Of a stretch of DNA of 64,000 bases, positions 12,671-26,059 are shown piece by piece. Made by a program: the position numbers and the translations under genes. Source of the DNA: Camelus ferus (taxonomy: Eukaryota); the NCBI RefSeq assembly GCF_009834535.1, contig NC_045696.1, positions 85,438,001 through 85,502,000 of the forward strand, read 5' to 3'. Under the pieces are notes generated by a model, which was given only the letters and a program-made list of their open reading frames with translations, had not been told where the DNA came from and made no database searches. Each line of letters opens with the position of its first letter. Within the stretch, counting starts at the first letter, position 1.

Positions 12671-15600
12671 ATTTCAGTTCATTTTTAATGACATGCTTTA
12701 AAGAAAGTATTAAAAAGAAAGTTTATCTTTAGCAAGTTGGTATTAAAAAATCAACTTATATATATAATTTTGAACTTCCTTCACCTTGTTAATATCCAGT
12801 TCATAGCATACTTATATGGGGTTACAAAATGAGTCACAATTAAAAAGATCAAAAATTCAGATTTTGCAAAATGAGAGAGATGCCTTTATTTGGTACTAGA
12901 TAAAATGCTGTAATGTTAACAGTAATTTGTGATTGTTTGACTAATTATGAGTTACATATTTTGTAGTACAAGATAAAATAGTTATCAAAACAGCAATAAT
13001 TGCAATAATGATTTCAATAGTAACAGAAAATCACTTTCTGGAAACAGATCATGAAGAAAGAAAATGAATGAATGAATTAAAGTTTGTAAAACAGATACAA
13101 GTGAAAATTTCTGTCAAAAAATATCAATGAAACCTAGTATACACCTGTATTCTAATGCAAAGAGACACTATGTAGCTGCTGTCACCAGAGAGGAGCACAA
13201 CAACAAGACAGCCTGAATTCAAAGGATAAAATCTAAGTATGAGACCTTGCACCAAGAATTGGTGTGGTGGATTGGAATATGCCAACCAGGTAAGCACAAT
13301 TTTCAGACCTCACACAAAACAGAAATGATTACCTTACACAGATATCCCTATACCCAGTAAAATGCTATATAAACATGGTAATTTCCTGGAAACATTCTGT
13401 CATAACATGACTAAAATTATCTCTAATAGATTAATCTTCTGGTAAACTCACCAGCCTAGGGGAGCTCTGAGTTTGTGTGTTTGTGGGGGTGAAATTAAGC
13501 ATGAAAATTATATAATGGACCTCTAAAAACTGAAACTCTGTATCTATTGTTCATTGTCCCTGAAAAAATAAGTTGTTTAATAACAAATATGAACACAGGA
13601 ATAACTGTATAATGAATTGTTATTTATGATGTTTCAACAGGAAAAAAAAAAAAAGAGCACTGCAGAATACTGATGGAGGTCTTTACCACTCTGTGAGGCA
13701 CAACTGTAGGTAGGTAGCAAATTCTGATAACCATAGAGTTTTGATGTATTATCTGTAAATTTCTTGCTTTTACTGAGTTGTATTCTTTACTGCTTTTGTA
13801 CTAAATATATCCAGTAATTAGTGGTTCAGTCCAAAGCCATAAAATCCTTGAACTAAATGTTTTTCAATAGCATTGTGGATTCAGTGAGTCCAGAATTATA
13901 GGAAATTATTACAAGAAAATGTTCAAAGAAGATCGACTCACTTTCAAAGTTAGTGGCATTCAAACAGGATGCACTTTCACATACTCAAGGAACATGATAC
14001 AAAAAATCCTTTGTCTTTAAAAGCAATGCTGCTTTTTTTTTAAAAAAAAAAATCTCTGAGAGTATGATCTGATTCTCTATGAGTCGCACAGTGCAGAAAA
14101 GTGGGCTCAAGAACACACTGTGCACACCTCTTGGTGCACAGTATCATCAAATTCCATGTGTGACAAGACTAATGATAGATGACTCCAAAAAAACATGCAA
14201 AAGCTCCATAACCCATATAATTTAATAATACTAAACCACAGGGAAATTCCTTTTCAACTAAAGTTTAGGCAGTAATCCCCAGAAGCACAATACTTACTTC
14301 ATCCTAATTATAGACACAATTTTACTTTATATAGACCTCCTCATCTCCTAAATTTTTTTGTCTTAATTATACTACAGCATCTCTCAATGGCTCAAAATGC
14401 TGCATTTATCTTTCTAAGCAACATTATATTCCCAAATGGTGAATTTAACAGAGATCTACACAAAATTCCTACCCCAGCAACAATGATAACAAAAATTATA
14501 ACCAGAAAAATGCCAAAAATGCTTTAGAAACAAACACTATTATAAGCAAAGCACTGACTGTGAAAAATATGTACATGACACTTAGTTACACTTTCAGTCC
14601 TATAGCCACTCAAGGCACTTACTGAATTCACTGCATGATAGATTACGTTGTTAACATTTGGATATACCTTAATTATGAAAATATTAAAATTGTGATCATC
14701 ATCATCATCAAAAATCTTTCCAAGTATTTTTAAGTACATGATAGGAATATATGAAAATTCATCATTTCTTCTTAGGTACTATTTAAAATTTTTTTAATCT
14801 TAAAATATCTTCAAAACATTAATTTGTAGTAACTAATTCACATTAACCAAACTGATATTCACATTTGCCCTATCATGCTTAAGAGTTTCACACTAGTAAA
14901 TGATTGTCTTAACTTTATACCCTTAAGCATAAACTTTCTGGTCACTGGTCATAACAGAGCAATTGAGTTGAAATGCTTATTATATAGTATCAGTTAGAAT
15001 GTAATCTTCAATGGAATAGATCTACTCTGCCTAACATTCATGGGAATGTTAGTCAATCTGTGACATAATACATGAAATCAACTTATACGTTTCACAATAA
15101 AAGGCTATATTTTTTTTTAAAAAGAAGATCAAGATATCCGCATGATTGCCACTATAAACAAAAATTTTATTTTTAATATAAATTAAAAAGTTAAATTCTA
15201 TTTGATTTATAAGAGTTGCAGCTTTAAGAGTTGCCAAAAGAGAGTTAATCTCAAAATTCTGTCAGCCCTACCCCCATCACTGCCACCCCCACAAATCACC
15301 CAGTCTTTACTGGCATTGACCCTAGACATGAAAGTTTCTTGGGTTAGGTAATGTGATGTTATTTCTGTGCTTAAGAGTAATATCACAGGCAAGTCTTTAT
15401 TAATCAGATGAGTAAACATTTTCCATTCTGGTGATTCAGTCTTTCAGTTCAAATGTTTGCTTTTTTCTCAGTCACACTTTCAAACTGTTCAACATAAATT
15501 TTTAAATCCACAAACACAAATTTCCCTCAAGGACTTTTCTTCTTATATTAAACCACATCTAGAAATTACAAATGTCAAAATTATTTCTACTCTGCTGAAT

Positions 15601-16124
15601 CAGCCCAAGAACAAAATTGCATTTTGAAGACAAAATTAAAATGATTTTTTCTCTTCACATATCTGAAGTATCTTAAAGATATGTTGAATATATATAGAGA
15701 TTCAGTAAGTTTTATAAAACCTAATTCACCTTTTAAATCTTCCTAGCAGAGTGAACTGACAAGTCATGTAAATTTCACTTTCATAATTTAATGCTTTTGA
15801 AATATACACATATAAATACTTTCAGAAAGCTAACTTTCAAACAGTAACCCTGGCAAAGGGTAATCGAACTGTTTACTTTTCTATATAAACAATGAAGTTT
15901 AGATGAACATTTGAAGTTCATTTGAAATGTGTTAGCTATTCTGACTGTAAATCAAGAACTGTAGTTACTCCAGATCCCATGATATCTCTTCATGAATCAG
16001 AATTGCATGTTATAACCCTAACACTAATATAAACAAATTACAATATATAAGATATACTTTTTCTTAGGTTGTGTTAAAGTATCAATTTTGTAGATGAATG
16101 GTTCCAACTTCACTAGTAATGTAA

Positions 16125-16260
16125 GGCACCACTTCTCAAACTGCACTGGGTATAAGGACCATCTGGGGATGTGTGAAGATGAAAATAACGATTCTGTTGG
16201 TCTGGGTTCCAGCCTGAGAGTCTGCATTTATAACAAGCTCCCAGCTGAGGCATTACTGTT
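16125..16260. mobile_element. MER5A-like hAT MITE fragment
   Basis: 'ttctcaaactg...gattctgttggtctggg...cctgagagtctgcatttataacaagctccca'. Confidence 0.7.
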
Positions 16261-16591
16261 TATTGGCTAATCTAATAAATGTTTCTAGTTTCTTTAGAGT
16301 GATGCCCCATTCCTAGTCCCTTGTCCCTCTATTACACATACATTTAAGTAAGTGGCTGGGGAAAGAAGGAGAACCTGAGAAGTATTTTTTTTAATTCCTT
16401 GGCATGTAAAAAATGGTGGAAATAAGGCAAAATTCAGAAGTAATTAAAGTAGATACAATATTTCCTAGGCCATTTTCTATCCAATGACCCTCTCTCTATT
16501 ATAAATTTTTAACTCCCTTTCCTACTTCTGGTTTCTGAGTACAGAAAACTCTCCCACAATCCAAATCCACAATATAGAAGATGCTTCCCAT

Positions 16592-17118
16592 TGTATTTGT
16601 TAACTATAGTTGTGTAACAGATTTCCCAAAACTTCATTGTTTTAAATAAAGCGTATTTATTATCTCTTGGTTCTTTGGGGTCAGGAATTTGTGTACTGCT
16701 TAGATCAGTGGTTCTGACTTAGAGTCTCTCAAAAACTGCACTCCAGGGCTGTAGTCATTTTAAAGTTCAACTTGGGAAAGATCCCTTCCAAACTCATTCA
16801 TGTGGCTGTTGGCAGCCTCAGGTCTTCAGTGGCTCTTGGCTGAAAACATCAGTTATTTGCTGTATGAGCTCCTCACAACATGGTAGCTGGATTCTCCCAG
16901 AGCAAATGAGTGAGACTGCAGTAGAGGGCACCCAGATATAAGCACAGTCTTTTTGTAACCTAATCTCAGAAGTGACAACCTATCACTTTTGCCTTATCCT
17001 ATTCATTAGAAGCAAGTCAATAAATCAGCCACACTCAAGGGGAGGGAAATACACAGAGTACAAATATCGGGAGGTGGGGATCACTGGAGGCATCATCTTG
17101 GAGACTGCTGCTTACACC
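16592..17118 (-). mobile_element. MLT1 (MaLR) LTR, older subfamily (F-J type)
   Basis: 'tgtgtaacagatttcccaaaactt...cacaacatggtagctgg...cacttttgccttatcctattcattagaagcaagtca'. Confidence 0.8.
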
Positions 17119-17189
17119 CATGTTCCAAAAAATGAGTTCTGGTACCACTCCTCAATTAAGTATTATCTTAGAGCTGAAATAGAAAATTA

Positions 17190-19950
17190 CCTTGTTTATT
17201 GAGTGTCTACCATGTGCCCTGTTTAGGCTCTGGTGAAAGGGTAGAGATAGCTATAGATAGCTTTCATCCTAGAGAAAGGAAAATAGAAAAATCAGAAGTC
17301 AATAATACAAGTGCCATAAAGAAAAAAATCAAAGAGTGATAGAATAAAATGGATGATAGGATGAGGGACTAATTATTATCATTATTATTATTATTATTTT
17401 TTAGTTAGGAGAAGTTTATCTGAAGAAGTACTTTTGAGATGAGAACTGAATGGTAGAGATGAACTAGCCTCATGGTCTCACTGGCACAGAATATTGCAGA
17501 CAAAGGGGAGAATAAGGGAAAACATTCAAGGATATGAAAACCATTGACAATTAGGAAAGCTATGGGATGTCCTTGAGACATAGGAAGTTAAAGGACCAAA
17601 TCATACAGAATCTTGTACACCATGGTAAAGATCTGGACTTAGTCAAAGTACAGTGGGAAATCACTGTTCACTGAGTCTTCTAAGTGGTTGGATATCAATG
17701 TTTTTTAAAAAGATCATTCTAAGTTACTGTGTGGAAAATGTGTGGAACAGGGGGAAATATGGCCATAGAAGAACAAGCAGCTATTTAAGTGTTCCAGCAA
17801 AGAAATGATGGTAACTTGAACTAAAGTGATGCAGTGAAGCTAAAGACACAGATGGATACAAGATATATTTTGAAGGTAAAGCAGAGTATTCTGTAATATA
17901 TTCAATCTGGAGAGGTGTAGTGAACTTTTGTCACATTTAAGTCTCCAGCACCTTTGAACAGATTTCTATTTTTTTAAAAAATTGCCAATTATGAGTCCCC
18001 TCTGACTAAAAGATAAGTCTACAAGGCTACTCTCCCACCCCTCTTTGGAGGTGACATTCACGTGTGTGAATTTCTTTCTGCCAATCAGACATACAAAAGG
18101 CAGACTGATACAGAAAAGCAAATCTGAAATAAGCAATACAAATGTGTTATCCAAAAAGTCAAGAAAAGAGAGTGTTTCCAGAAGGCAGGCAGATTCAATT
18201 CTGCTGAATGCTGTTGGGAGGTCTGAATATAGATGACAAAGATGTGAGTGTTCTTTTGGCAACCAAAAAGCCATCAGAGGCAAGGGACAAGTGTAAGTGG
18301 AAGCCTTATTTGAGCTAGATACAGCAGAGATGAGACGTTAGGAAAATGAAACAGTAACGACGAAGAGATACCTTTTACATGCTATCAAAGGAGCATAGAA
18401 AGTGGGTCGTGAGCAGGGGGAGTTAAGAGATTTAAGGGATATTCTTATTTTTAAGGTGAGAGATTTTAAAATCATGTTTGTATGCTGATAGGTACGAGAT
18501 AAATCTCTAGAAAAGAGATAAATGCTGATAATGCAAGAGAGATCATATTCATTATTCATTTTTCAGCAAATAATTTCTTGACTATTACATACCAGGCCCT
18601 GTTCTAGACCTGGGAGATATGGAACTTATTTTCTAGTTTGGAGAAAACAATAAAGATTACTAAGTAAAATATAAAGTGTATCAGTTTACCAAGGGAAAAA
18701 AAATTCAGGCATTTTAGATAGGGTGGACAGGGTAGGACTCACTGAAAAAAATTAAGTTTGAGTAGAAGTCTGAAAAAAGTTAGGAACTGTATTATGTGGA
18801 TATCTGAGGGGAGAACTTTCAAGAAGAGGGAGCAGCAAATGCAAAGTTTCTAATTTCGGGAGGATGCCTGATATGTTTGAGGAAAGGCAAGAAGGTAAAT
18901 GGAGCTGAAGTCAAGTAACAAGAGCAAGGAGAAAACATCAAAGGCGTAATAGAAAGTCAGATCTGGGAGGTTTCGTAGATTATTTAAGGATCTGTGTTTC
19001 TATTAAGAATGGGAAAAGAAGCCATTGGAGGATACTGAGCAGAAGAATAGCATAATTAAGGCAGAGTTGTTGATGTGTCAAATACAGGATGTGAGGAAAA
19101 GAAATCAAGTATGACATATAGGTTTTTGATTGAGTACCAGAGAAATGGCGTTGTCATGTACTGAGATGTGAAAGACTGAGGGTGGATCTATTGGGGATGA
19201 ATGTCATGAGATCAGTTTTGAAGATACTAAGATGCCTATTAGACATTTAAGTAGACATTGATTAGGTAGTTCTGTATTAAAGTCTATAGTTCAAAGAAAA
19301 CATCTAGAATAGAAATACAAATTTTGGAGCCATTAGCAGACAGATTTGTGAAACTGGATGATTAAGTAGGGAGTAAATGCAGATATTAAAAAGGATTCCA
19401 AGGCCTAAGTCCTGAGATATATATATATATATACCTCAGGGAATATCAAGGAATATACATATTATACATATCAAAGAAATGAAATCAGCAAATGAGACTG
19501 AAAGGGCATAATCAGAGAAGTGGGAGGAAAATGAAGACAGAGTGCTTTCCTGGAAACTAAGCAAAGGTTCAGTCATTGTACAGGGTCGGGGAGACAGGGA
19601 GCCAAGTAAAGCAAACATTTCAAAAAGGAGAAAGCATATAATTGCATCCAGTGATGCTAATGGGCCAAGTTAAATGGGAGATGAAAGGTGATCATTGCTT
19701 TTAGCAATGAGGATGTCATCGGTGACCTTAAAAAGAGCATGTGTATTGTTGGAACAAACATCTGACTGGAGTGTTTTCAAGAGAGAATTGTAAGAAAGAA
19801 ATTGGAGACAGCGAGAAAAACCTACTCTTTCAAGAAGTGTTGCTTGATGGAAAAAATATGTAGTGAGAGCTGGAGAAAAATGTGGAATCAGTGTGGGTTT
19901 CTTAATGGAAAAAATATTAAAACATTTGTATGCTTATAGAAATGGCCAAG
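17190..19950 (-). mobile_element. L2 LINE fragments, antisense (at least two nested copies; 3' ends near 17190 and 18545)
   Basis: L2 tails 'tttattgagtgtctaccatgtgcc' and 'tcattcatttttcagcaaataatt...ccaggccctgttctag'; purine-rich antisense L2 body. Confidence 0.75.
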
Positions 19951-19959
19951 TAGATGAAG

Positions 19960-21200
19960 TCTTCTTCCTACATTTTTGACCGTATCGTCTCAGTTTCCTT
20001 TGCTGTCTCCCATTTCAACTCCTTGATTTCTAAATATTGGAATGGCCCAAGTCTCAGTCCTTGAATCTCTTTTCCTTCACCTTTTAACCAATTTTCTATG
20101 TGACTTGCTCCAGCCTCATGGTCTATATGATGATAGCCCCCAAACTTACATCTCCAACCCAGTCTCTTCCCTGAACTCTAGACTCATACATACAATTTTG
20201 TTTTCAGTATCACTACTTAGATGTTTAAACATAGCATGTTCAATCATAGCATGTCTAATACTGAACACTGATTCACTTCCACCCTTACCCAGGACAACCC
20301 CTGACCAAATTGTACCTTCCACAATCTTCTTCCCCATTATTTAAATAAATGATGGTTCATTCCATGTTCAGTTGTTTAGATCTACATACTTGGGATTATC
20401 CTTGAAGTGTTCATTTCATAACCTTCATCCAAATCACCGGTGAACGATTCAGTACTATCTTCAGTACTATATAAAATGATTCCAATCACTCTTCTCTACT
20501 GCTACCCTTGGCTCAAACCACCATTTCTAACTTGAATTATTACAGTAACCTCTAACTGGGCTCCCTTTATTCACACTCACTCACTTACAGGCTGTTGTCA
20601 AGCAATAGCCAGAGTAATCCTATTAAGACATAAGTCATATCATGTTTTCCCTATTTTTAAAATTTCCAAAAGGCAACTCATTTCACTGAGAATAAACATT
20701 AAATAACTTGCAAATGCCTGCAAGGTCTTACACATTCTGGAGATCTACTATTTCTCTATCCTTTTCTCCCACTGCTCTCCCCTCACCCACCCTGATCTCC
20801 TTGCTGATGCTGAAACATTCCACACACGCACACAACACAGGATATTTGCATTTGCTATTTTCTTTTCCTATAATATTCTTTAACAAGATAGTTGTATAGC
20901 TTTTTTTCTACACTTCCTTGGGCTCATCAGTCAAATGGAAGCTTCCTAGAGATGTTTCCCAAACTACTCTACGTAAAATAGTAGCCCTCCTCCTTTTGGC
21001 ACTATATTTCCTCTGTTTATTATTTTCCATATCATTTCACCATCTAAACCTCTATATATTTATTGCTTTTTAAAAAATTTCCCATTTTAAGGACATAGAT
21101 TCTTTTTTGTCCTGTTGCCTCTTACATTCTTAGTTCTTGGAACAGAGCCTGACTCAGAGTAGGAACTCAACAAATAATTGTTGAATAAATTAATAAATGA
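19960..21200 (+). mobile_element. L2 (L2a-like) 3' 1.2 kb
   Basis: 'catctccaacccagtctcttccctgaactctagactcatac...cagagtaggaactcaacaaataattgttgaataaat'. Confidence 0.85.
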
Positions 21201-21289
21201 ATTTTCTCAAACACTATCTCCATTACATTGCCTTAATTGAAAATTGGCTTTCCAAGGAGCTTGTTGATAAAGATAATAATGCTGTATAT

Positions 21290-23045
21290 GTGAGTATCAT
21301 TATCGACTGTTCTGCCCATTTGGCACTTGTTTTGATTTTTCATTCTTGAAAGTCTCTCCTTCCCACTCCTGGGATTCCTTGTAACTTTCTCTTACCCACC
21401 ATTCTCAGTTTTCTTTGAGGGTTCAACTTTCTCAGCCAATCTATTTAATGTTTATCTTTTTTTTCAGGGTTCCATTTTTGACTCTCATAATTTCCTACTC
21501 TACCTAGCTGAATTCATCTGTTCTCACAGTTTAAAAAATATTATACTTCCATGTGTTTGGATTTTCTGCAAAATCTTTATAAGCATGACTCTAAGTTGGT
21601 CTATGAACTACTTTTCAGTTCTGGGACACAGGGTTTGAGAATCACCAATTAGGGAATATGTCTCTGAAAGCTTGATTTTTAACAAGAGCTTCTGGTGTTT
21701 TGTGCATGCTAGAATCTGAGAAATACTGGCATATGCCTTCATATCTAACCTATTTTCTGAGTTTCACACTCAAAAATCCAACTATCTGACATTTCTGCCT
21801 GGATGTCTCTAAAGCAACTCAAATTCTATATGTCTAGTGCTAAAGTCATCATTTTATCTATTTCCCAAGTTCTCCCCCTGCTATACTCTTATCTTGACGA
21901 CTGGTATAGCTACCTACCCACTGGACTGGGGCAGAAATCAGGATATAACTACCCTCTCCTTTCTTGACTTTGCCCCCACATTCAACTACTCACCAGATCC
22001 TATTGTGTCTCTACATTCTTATAGATAATATTTAAATTTTTACCTCATTTCCAATTGAAAAGTATTATAACCTTCATGGTCTCATTCTTGTCCATGTTCA
22101 TTGTTTTCTTCATGCAGCTGCTGATTTTATATCAAGTTGTTACTTATAGTCATTTATATAATAAAATATCTGTTCTATTGAGGATACATTACATAACGAG
22201 CATTGTGATAGATAATTTAAATGCATTATCTCATTTAAAAACTCCAAAAGCTTTGCATAACTTTCAAGATAATATCCAAGCTTTTCTTGCGGTATGTATT
22301 GTCCTTTATCATCGGACTTCAGCTGCTTGTTATTATCTCATTTCCTTCCATCTCACATGCCACAGTTGAAATGAGTTGAATTATCTGCTGTCTTCTGAAT
22401 GGGAGATGCTGTCTTTGGAACTTTGTCTAAGCTGCTTCCTCTGCCAGTACCCACTTTCCAACCTCTCCAGGCTAGCTCCTACTCAGCACAGACCCCTCCT
22501 TTCCTGTGGTCCTTGGTTTGTGTTCAGAAGTCCTCATTGTTTCACAGGACAAGCATACTCTAATATTATCATCTCTCTATCCATCTTACTCTGAACTAGG
22601 AAATAAATTTCTTAAGGGCGGTATAATGGCTTTTTAGATATGTCAATTTGGCTAGGCTAAAGTCCCTACTGATTCAATCAAACACTAATCTATGAGTTGC
22701 TGTGAAGATATTTTGCCAATCCCTGATCAGTTGACTTTAAATAAGGGAGCTTATCCTGGATAAATTGGATGGGACTGGCTCAATCAGTTGGAAGGACATT
22801 AAAATAGGTCTGAGCTTTTCCTTGAAAGAGAGAAGAAATTCCCCTGTGGGTGAGAGCTTTAGCTGTGCCCCTGGGGTTTCATCCTGCTTGGGCCTCTTTC
22901 CTACTGGTTTTGCTTCCCTAGCTGAACCCTAACTGATATCCATGGGTTCTCCTTTGTTGTTGTTGTTGTTGTTGTGCACATCCTGTGCAAAACCCAGTGC
23001 CTGGCAAATATGAGGTACTCAGTACACTTTTAAATGAATGAAAAT
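21290..23045 (+). mobile_element. L2 LINE 3' region, interrupted by MER5-like (~21630-21730) and MLT2 insertions
   Basis: 'ctgacatttctgcctggatgtctctaaagcaactcaaatt'; tail 'cccagtgcctggcaaatatgaggtactcagtac...aatgaatga'. Confidence 0.7.
22620..22952 (+). mobile_element. MLT2-type LTR inserted in the L2 tail
   Basis: 'tgtcaatttggctaggcta...ttcaatcaaacactaatcta...gttgctgtgaagatattttg...cagttgactttaa'. Confidence 0.75.
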
Positions 23046-23779
23046 GAAAGAGTAAGTCAATTCTGGAACAACCAAGACTTCTGTCTGCAACTAGACCACT
23101 GAGAGCCCTTGGAGAATATTACACTGGTCAGTACCCCTGCAAATATATGCTCTCTAACTTCAAGGCGGTCATAAAGATTGCTTGGAAATTTTTAACAGTC
23201 TCTTAACTGCTCCCTTTCCAATTCTGCTCAGTGAAAATTTGCTGCATTTTTCTTCTGTTCCTCAACAGCCTGTGACCCTTATTATAAGCAGATAATTTAA
23301 CCTTCTATTTCATAAAGAAAATGGAGAACTCTAGGCATGAAATCCTTTACTTAAAAACATATACTTCTATATCCAACTATACTTCTTTGCCCCAAGTTTC
23401 AAAAGAAAAGTTTCTCTCTTTCAGGTCAAACCTAAATTCCAAACTTTGCCTTAAATAATCTTCTCTTTCATCTTCTATAAAATTTTGCTTCCTCACTATA
23501 CAATCTCCTGTTTTTTCCCTGATAATCTGTTCTTTTACTAAAATTATAGATAAGTTAAACTCTTTACTATGTTAACTCAGCCCCATATCATCCTCTAACC
23601 ATTGCCTTATCCTCTTTTCTTACATAAACACCAACTTCTTAAAGGAATGTTTCACACTTGCTCTTTTTACTGCTCTATTCCATACATCACTCCACTCACA
23701 TTCCTCTTACTGAGGTCAACAACCTCCTAACAAGAACAATTAGGAAGAGAAAACTCCATTCAACAAACAAACATCACAC

Positions 23780-24255
23780 ATCCATGTTCACTGCAGCATT
23801 ATTCACATTAGCCAAGAGGTAAAAGCAAACTGAATGTCCATCAGTGGATTCATGGATAAAGAGAATGTGGTATATGTATACAATGAAATATTATTCAGCC
23901 TCAGGAAAGAAGAATATTCTGTCTTTTGTTACAGCATGGTTGAAACTTGAGAGCATTATGCTAAGTGAAATAAGCCAGCCACAATGAAGACAAATACTAC
24001 ATGATTCTACATATATGAGGTGTCTAACTAGTCAGACATGCTTAGGAACAGAGAGTAGAATGGTGGGTGCCAGAAGTTGAGGTGGGCAGCTGGGAGAGAG
24101 GTTGTTCAATGGAAACAGAGTTTTAATTCTGTAAGATGAAAAAGTTCTAGAAGTCTGTTGTGCAACTATGTGCATATAGTTTACTATACTGTGTACTTAA
24201 AAATCCTTAAGAGGGCAAATGTTATGTTGTATTTTTTTAACCACAAGAAAATAAA
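23780..24255 (+). mobile_element. L1MB-type 3' end
   Basis: 'atgttcactgcagcattattcac...gatgaaaaagttctaga...ttatgttgtatttttttaaccacaagaaaa'. Confidence 0.85.
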
Positions 24256-24269
24256 CAAAAAGCCTAAGG

Positions 24270-24994
24270 AAATTAACCCCTGTGCTGTTTGTTAATACAA
24301 TATCTGACTCAACTCATAACTTGAAAAAGATGCAACTATGAAGGCATATTCATATGTGATTGCAGGTATGTCAATAGTTTATAGTGTAAAGACAAAGGTG
24401 TCATTAGTGCTAGTGTCCTTCTGTTTTGTACCCTTCTTAAAAGTGATGAACTACCCTTATCACCTACTACAACTGTTGCTCCAAAAAATAGTCATAGATA
24501 CTTAGAGGTTTGGGATCTACCTCATTTCAAATGTCTCTGGACTGAAAGGTTTTGCCTTTTGTTTGTATTCTTTAAAAGTCTTCCAAATTGCTTTGCTTCT
24601 TTGTAGTCTGGAATTTTTATGGTCACTGCTTCAAATGGTCACTGGAGGAAATTTTTCATCCATTTTACTTTTCTCTGCATACTTCTTAGATGCACCATCT
24701 GGGGTAACTGCAATAGTTTAACTGCTCTGTAATATCAGTATTGCATAAAGCTTCTTTCCTTAATATTTTGGACTTCTCTGAGTGTAGGTGATGACCATCT
24801 CCATCTTGACTAATTGTGATAAAATCTCTAGAAAATCCTTAGAATTCCTTGAAAAATGTATACTTTTTATGTTCAGCTCCTAAGAGGTCTTTTTAGGATG
24901 TGTCGAATTTTTGAATATTTAATTATATACCAAGGCATTTGGAATCCTGGTCTGAAATTTTATTTTTTCCTCATTGTCTTAGCTTCCATAATTT
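24270..24994 (-). pseudogene. Putative decayed coding exon (protein-like frames broken by stops and frameshifts)
   Basis: Acceptor ttttacttcAG at 24995-24996. Frames include GFSRDFITISQDGDGHHLHSEKSKILRKEALCNTDITEQL and TPDGASKKYAEKSKMDEKFPPVTI*SSDHKNSRLQRSKAIWKTFKEYKQKAKPFSPETFE. No repeat family recognised. Confidence 0.25.
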
Positions 24995-26059
24995 CTGAAG
25001 TAAAATTGTTTTGTAGTATGTTAAATAATAAACCATACTAGTGTTGGTTTATGTTCATTTAGTGATAGAAACAATAAATTCCTCCTAAAACAAGTTAAAA
25101 ATAAACTGCTTTTGAAATTAAAATAAAATTTAAGCCTAGGTTTATTTTTAAATAATAAACAAAGAAATAAACAAAAATTCTAAACAAATACGTTTGATTA
25201 TTTGATTAATTTTTAATATTCTAAATGTATAGATTTTATGCTTATTTCAATTAGGAGAGTAATTCATAATTATCTTCATTATAGATCTTTGTGGTCAGTC
25301 ACCCAACTAGATCATTGCCTAACCCTCTACTGGACTTCATTCAAGAGTATAGATATATCAGAGGGAATTTGTAGAAAGCTCACAGCATCAGACACAGGCT
25401 GCTAATTACCTGACAATAGAACAATAAACCTCCACAGGCTTCATATGTCGTGATTCAACACCCAATTTCTGACCAAAGGAACCGATTCTACATTTTTCTG
25501 AGGAACTTGTTTTTAATACGATATTCATGAAGCTATGCAGGAATAGTTGACGTCCACAAAGAGAAGTTCACAGAAAGGATGGGGGGATTCACTACAGGCC
25601 CATACACAGTTTCTTTGAAATACAGTGATCGTCATAGTGTTTGGACTTTTTAGATGGCATTGTTTTCCCTTTTTGGCAGATAAATTCAATTTTTCAAACA
25701 AGTCAGCCTCCACTGTCAAACCCTAAATGTAGGGGCAGCTTTATCACTTACATTTGGCATGTAAGACTGTACAAACCTATTTGGCTAATTTAATTCACTT
25801 CAAAGTGGTAATTTTCCAAATAACCTCTATTGGCCTGAAAGAGTTAAAGTCCTGCCAGGTGGGTAGTTTAGTCCTTTCTCACTGGCACAAGCATATGACA
25901 ACATAAATGAGATCTGTACCTTCGGTTTCCACACACACAAACAAGCAAAACACCTAGCCAAGCAAACAGTGCAGTACACTTCCCATGTTAATAGGCTTCT
26001 CTTAATCACTGCAACCAAAATATGTATTTAAGAATGATTTTTTATTATATTAACTATCA

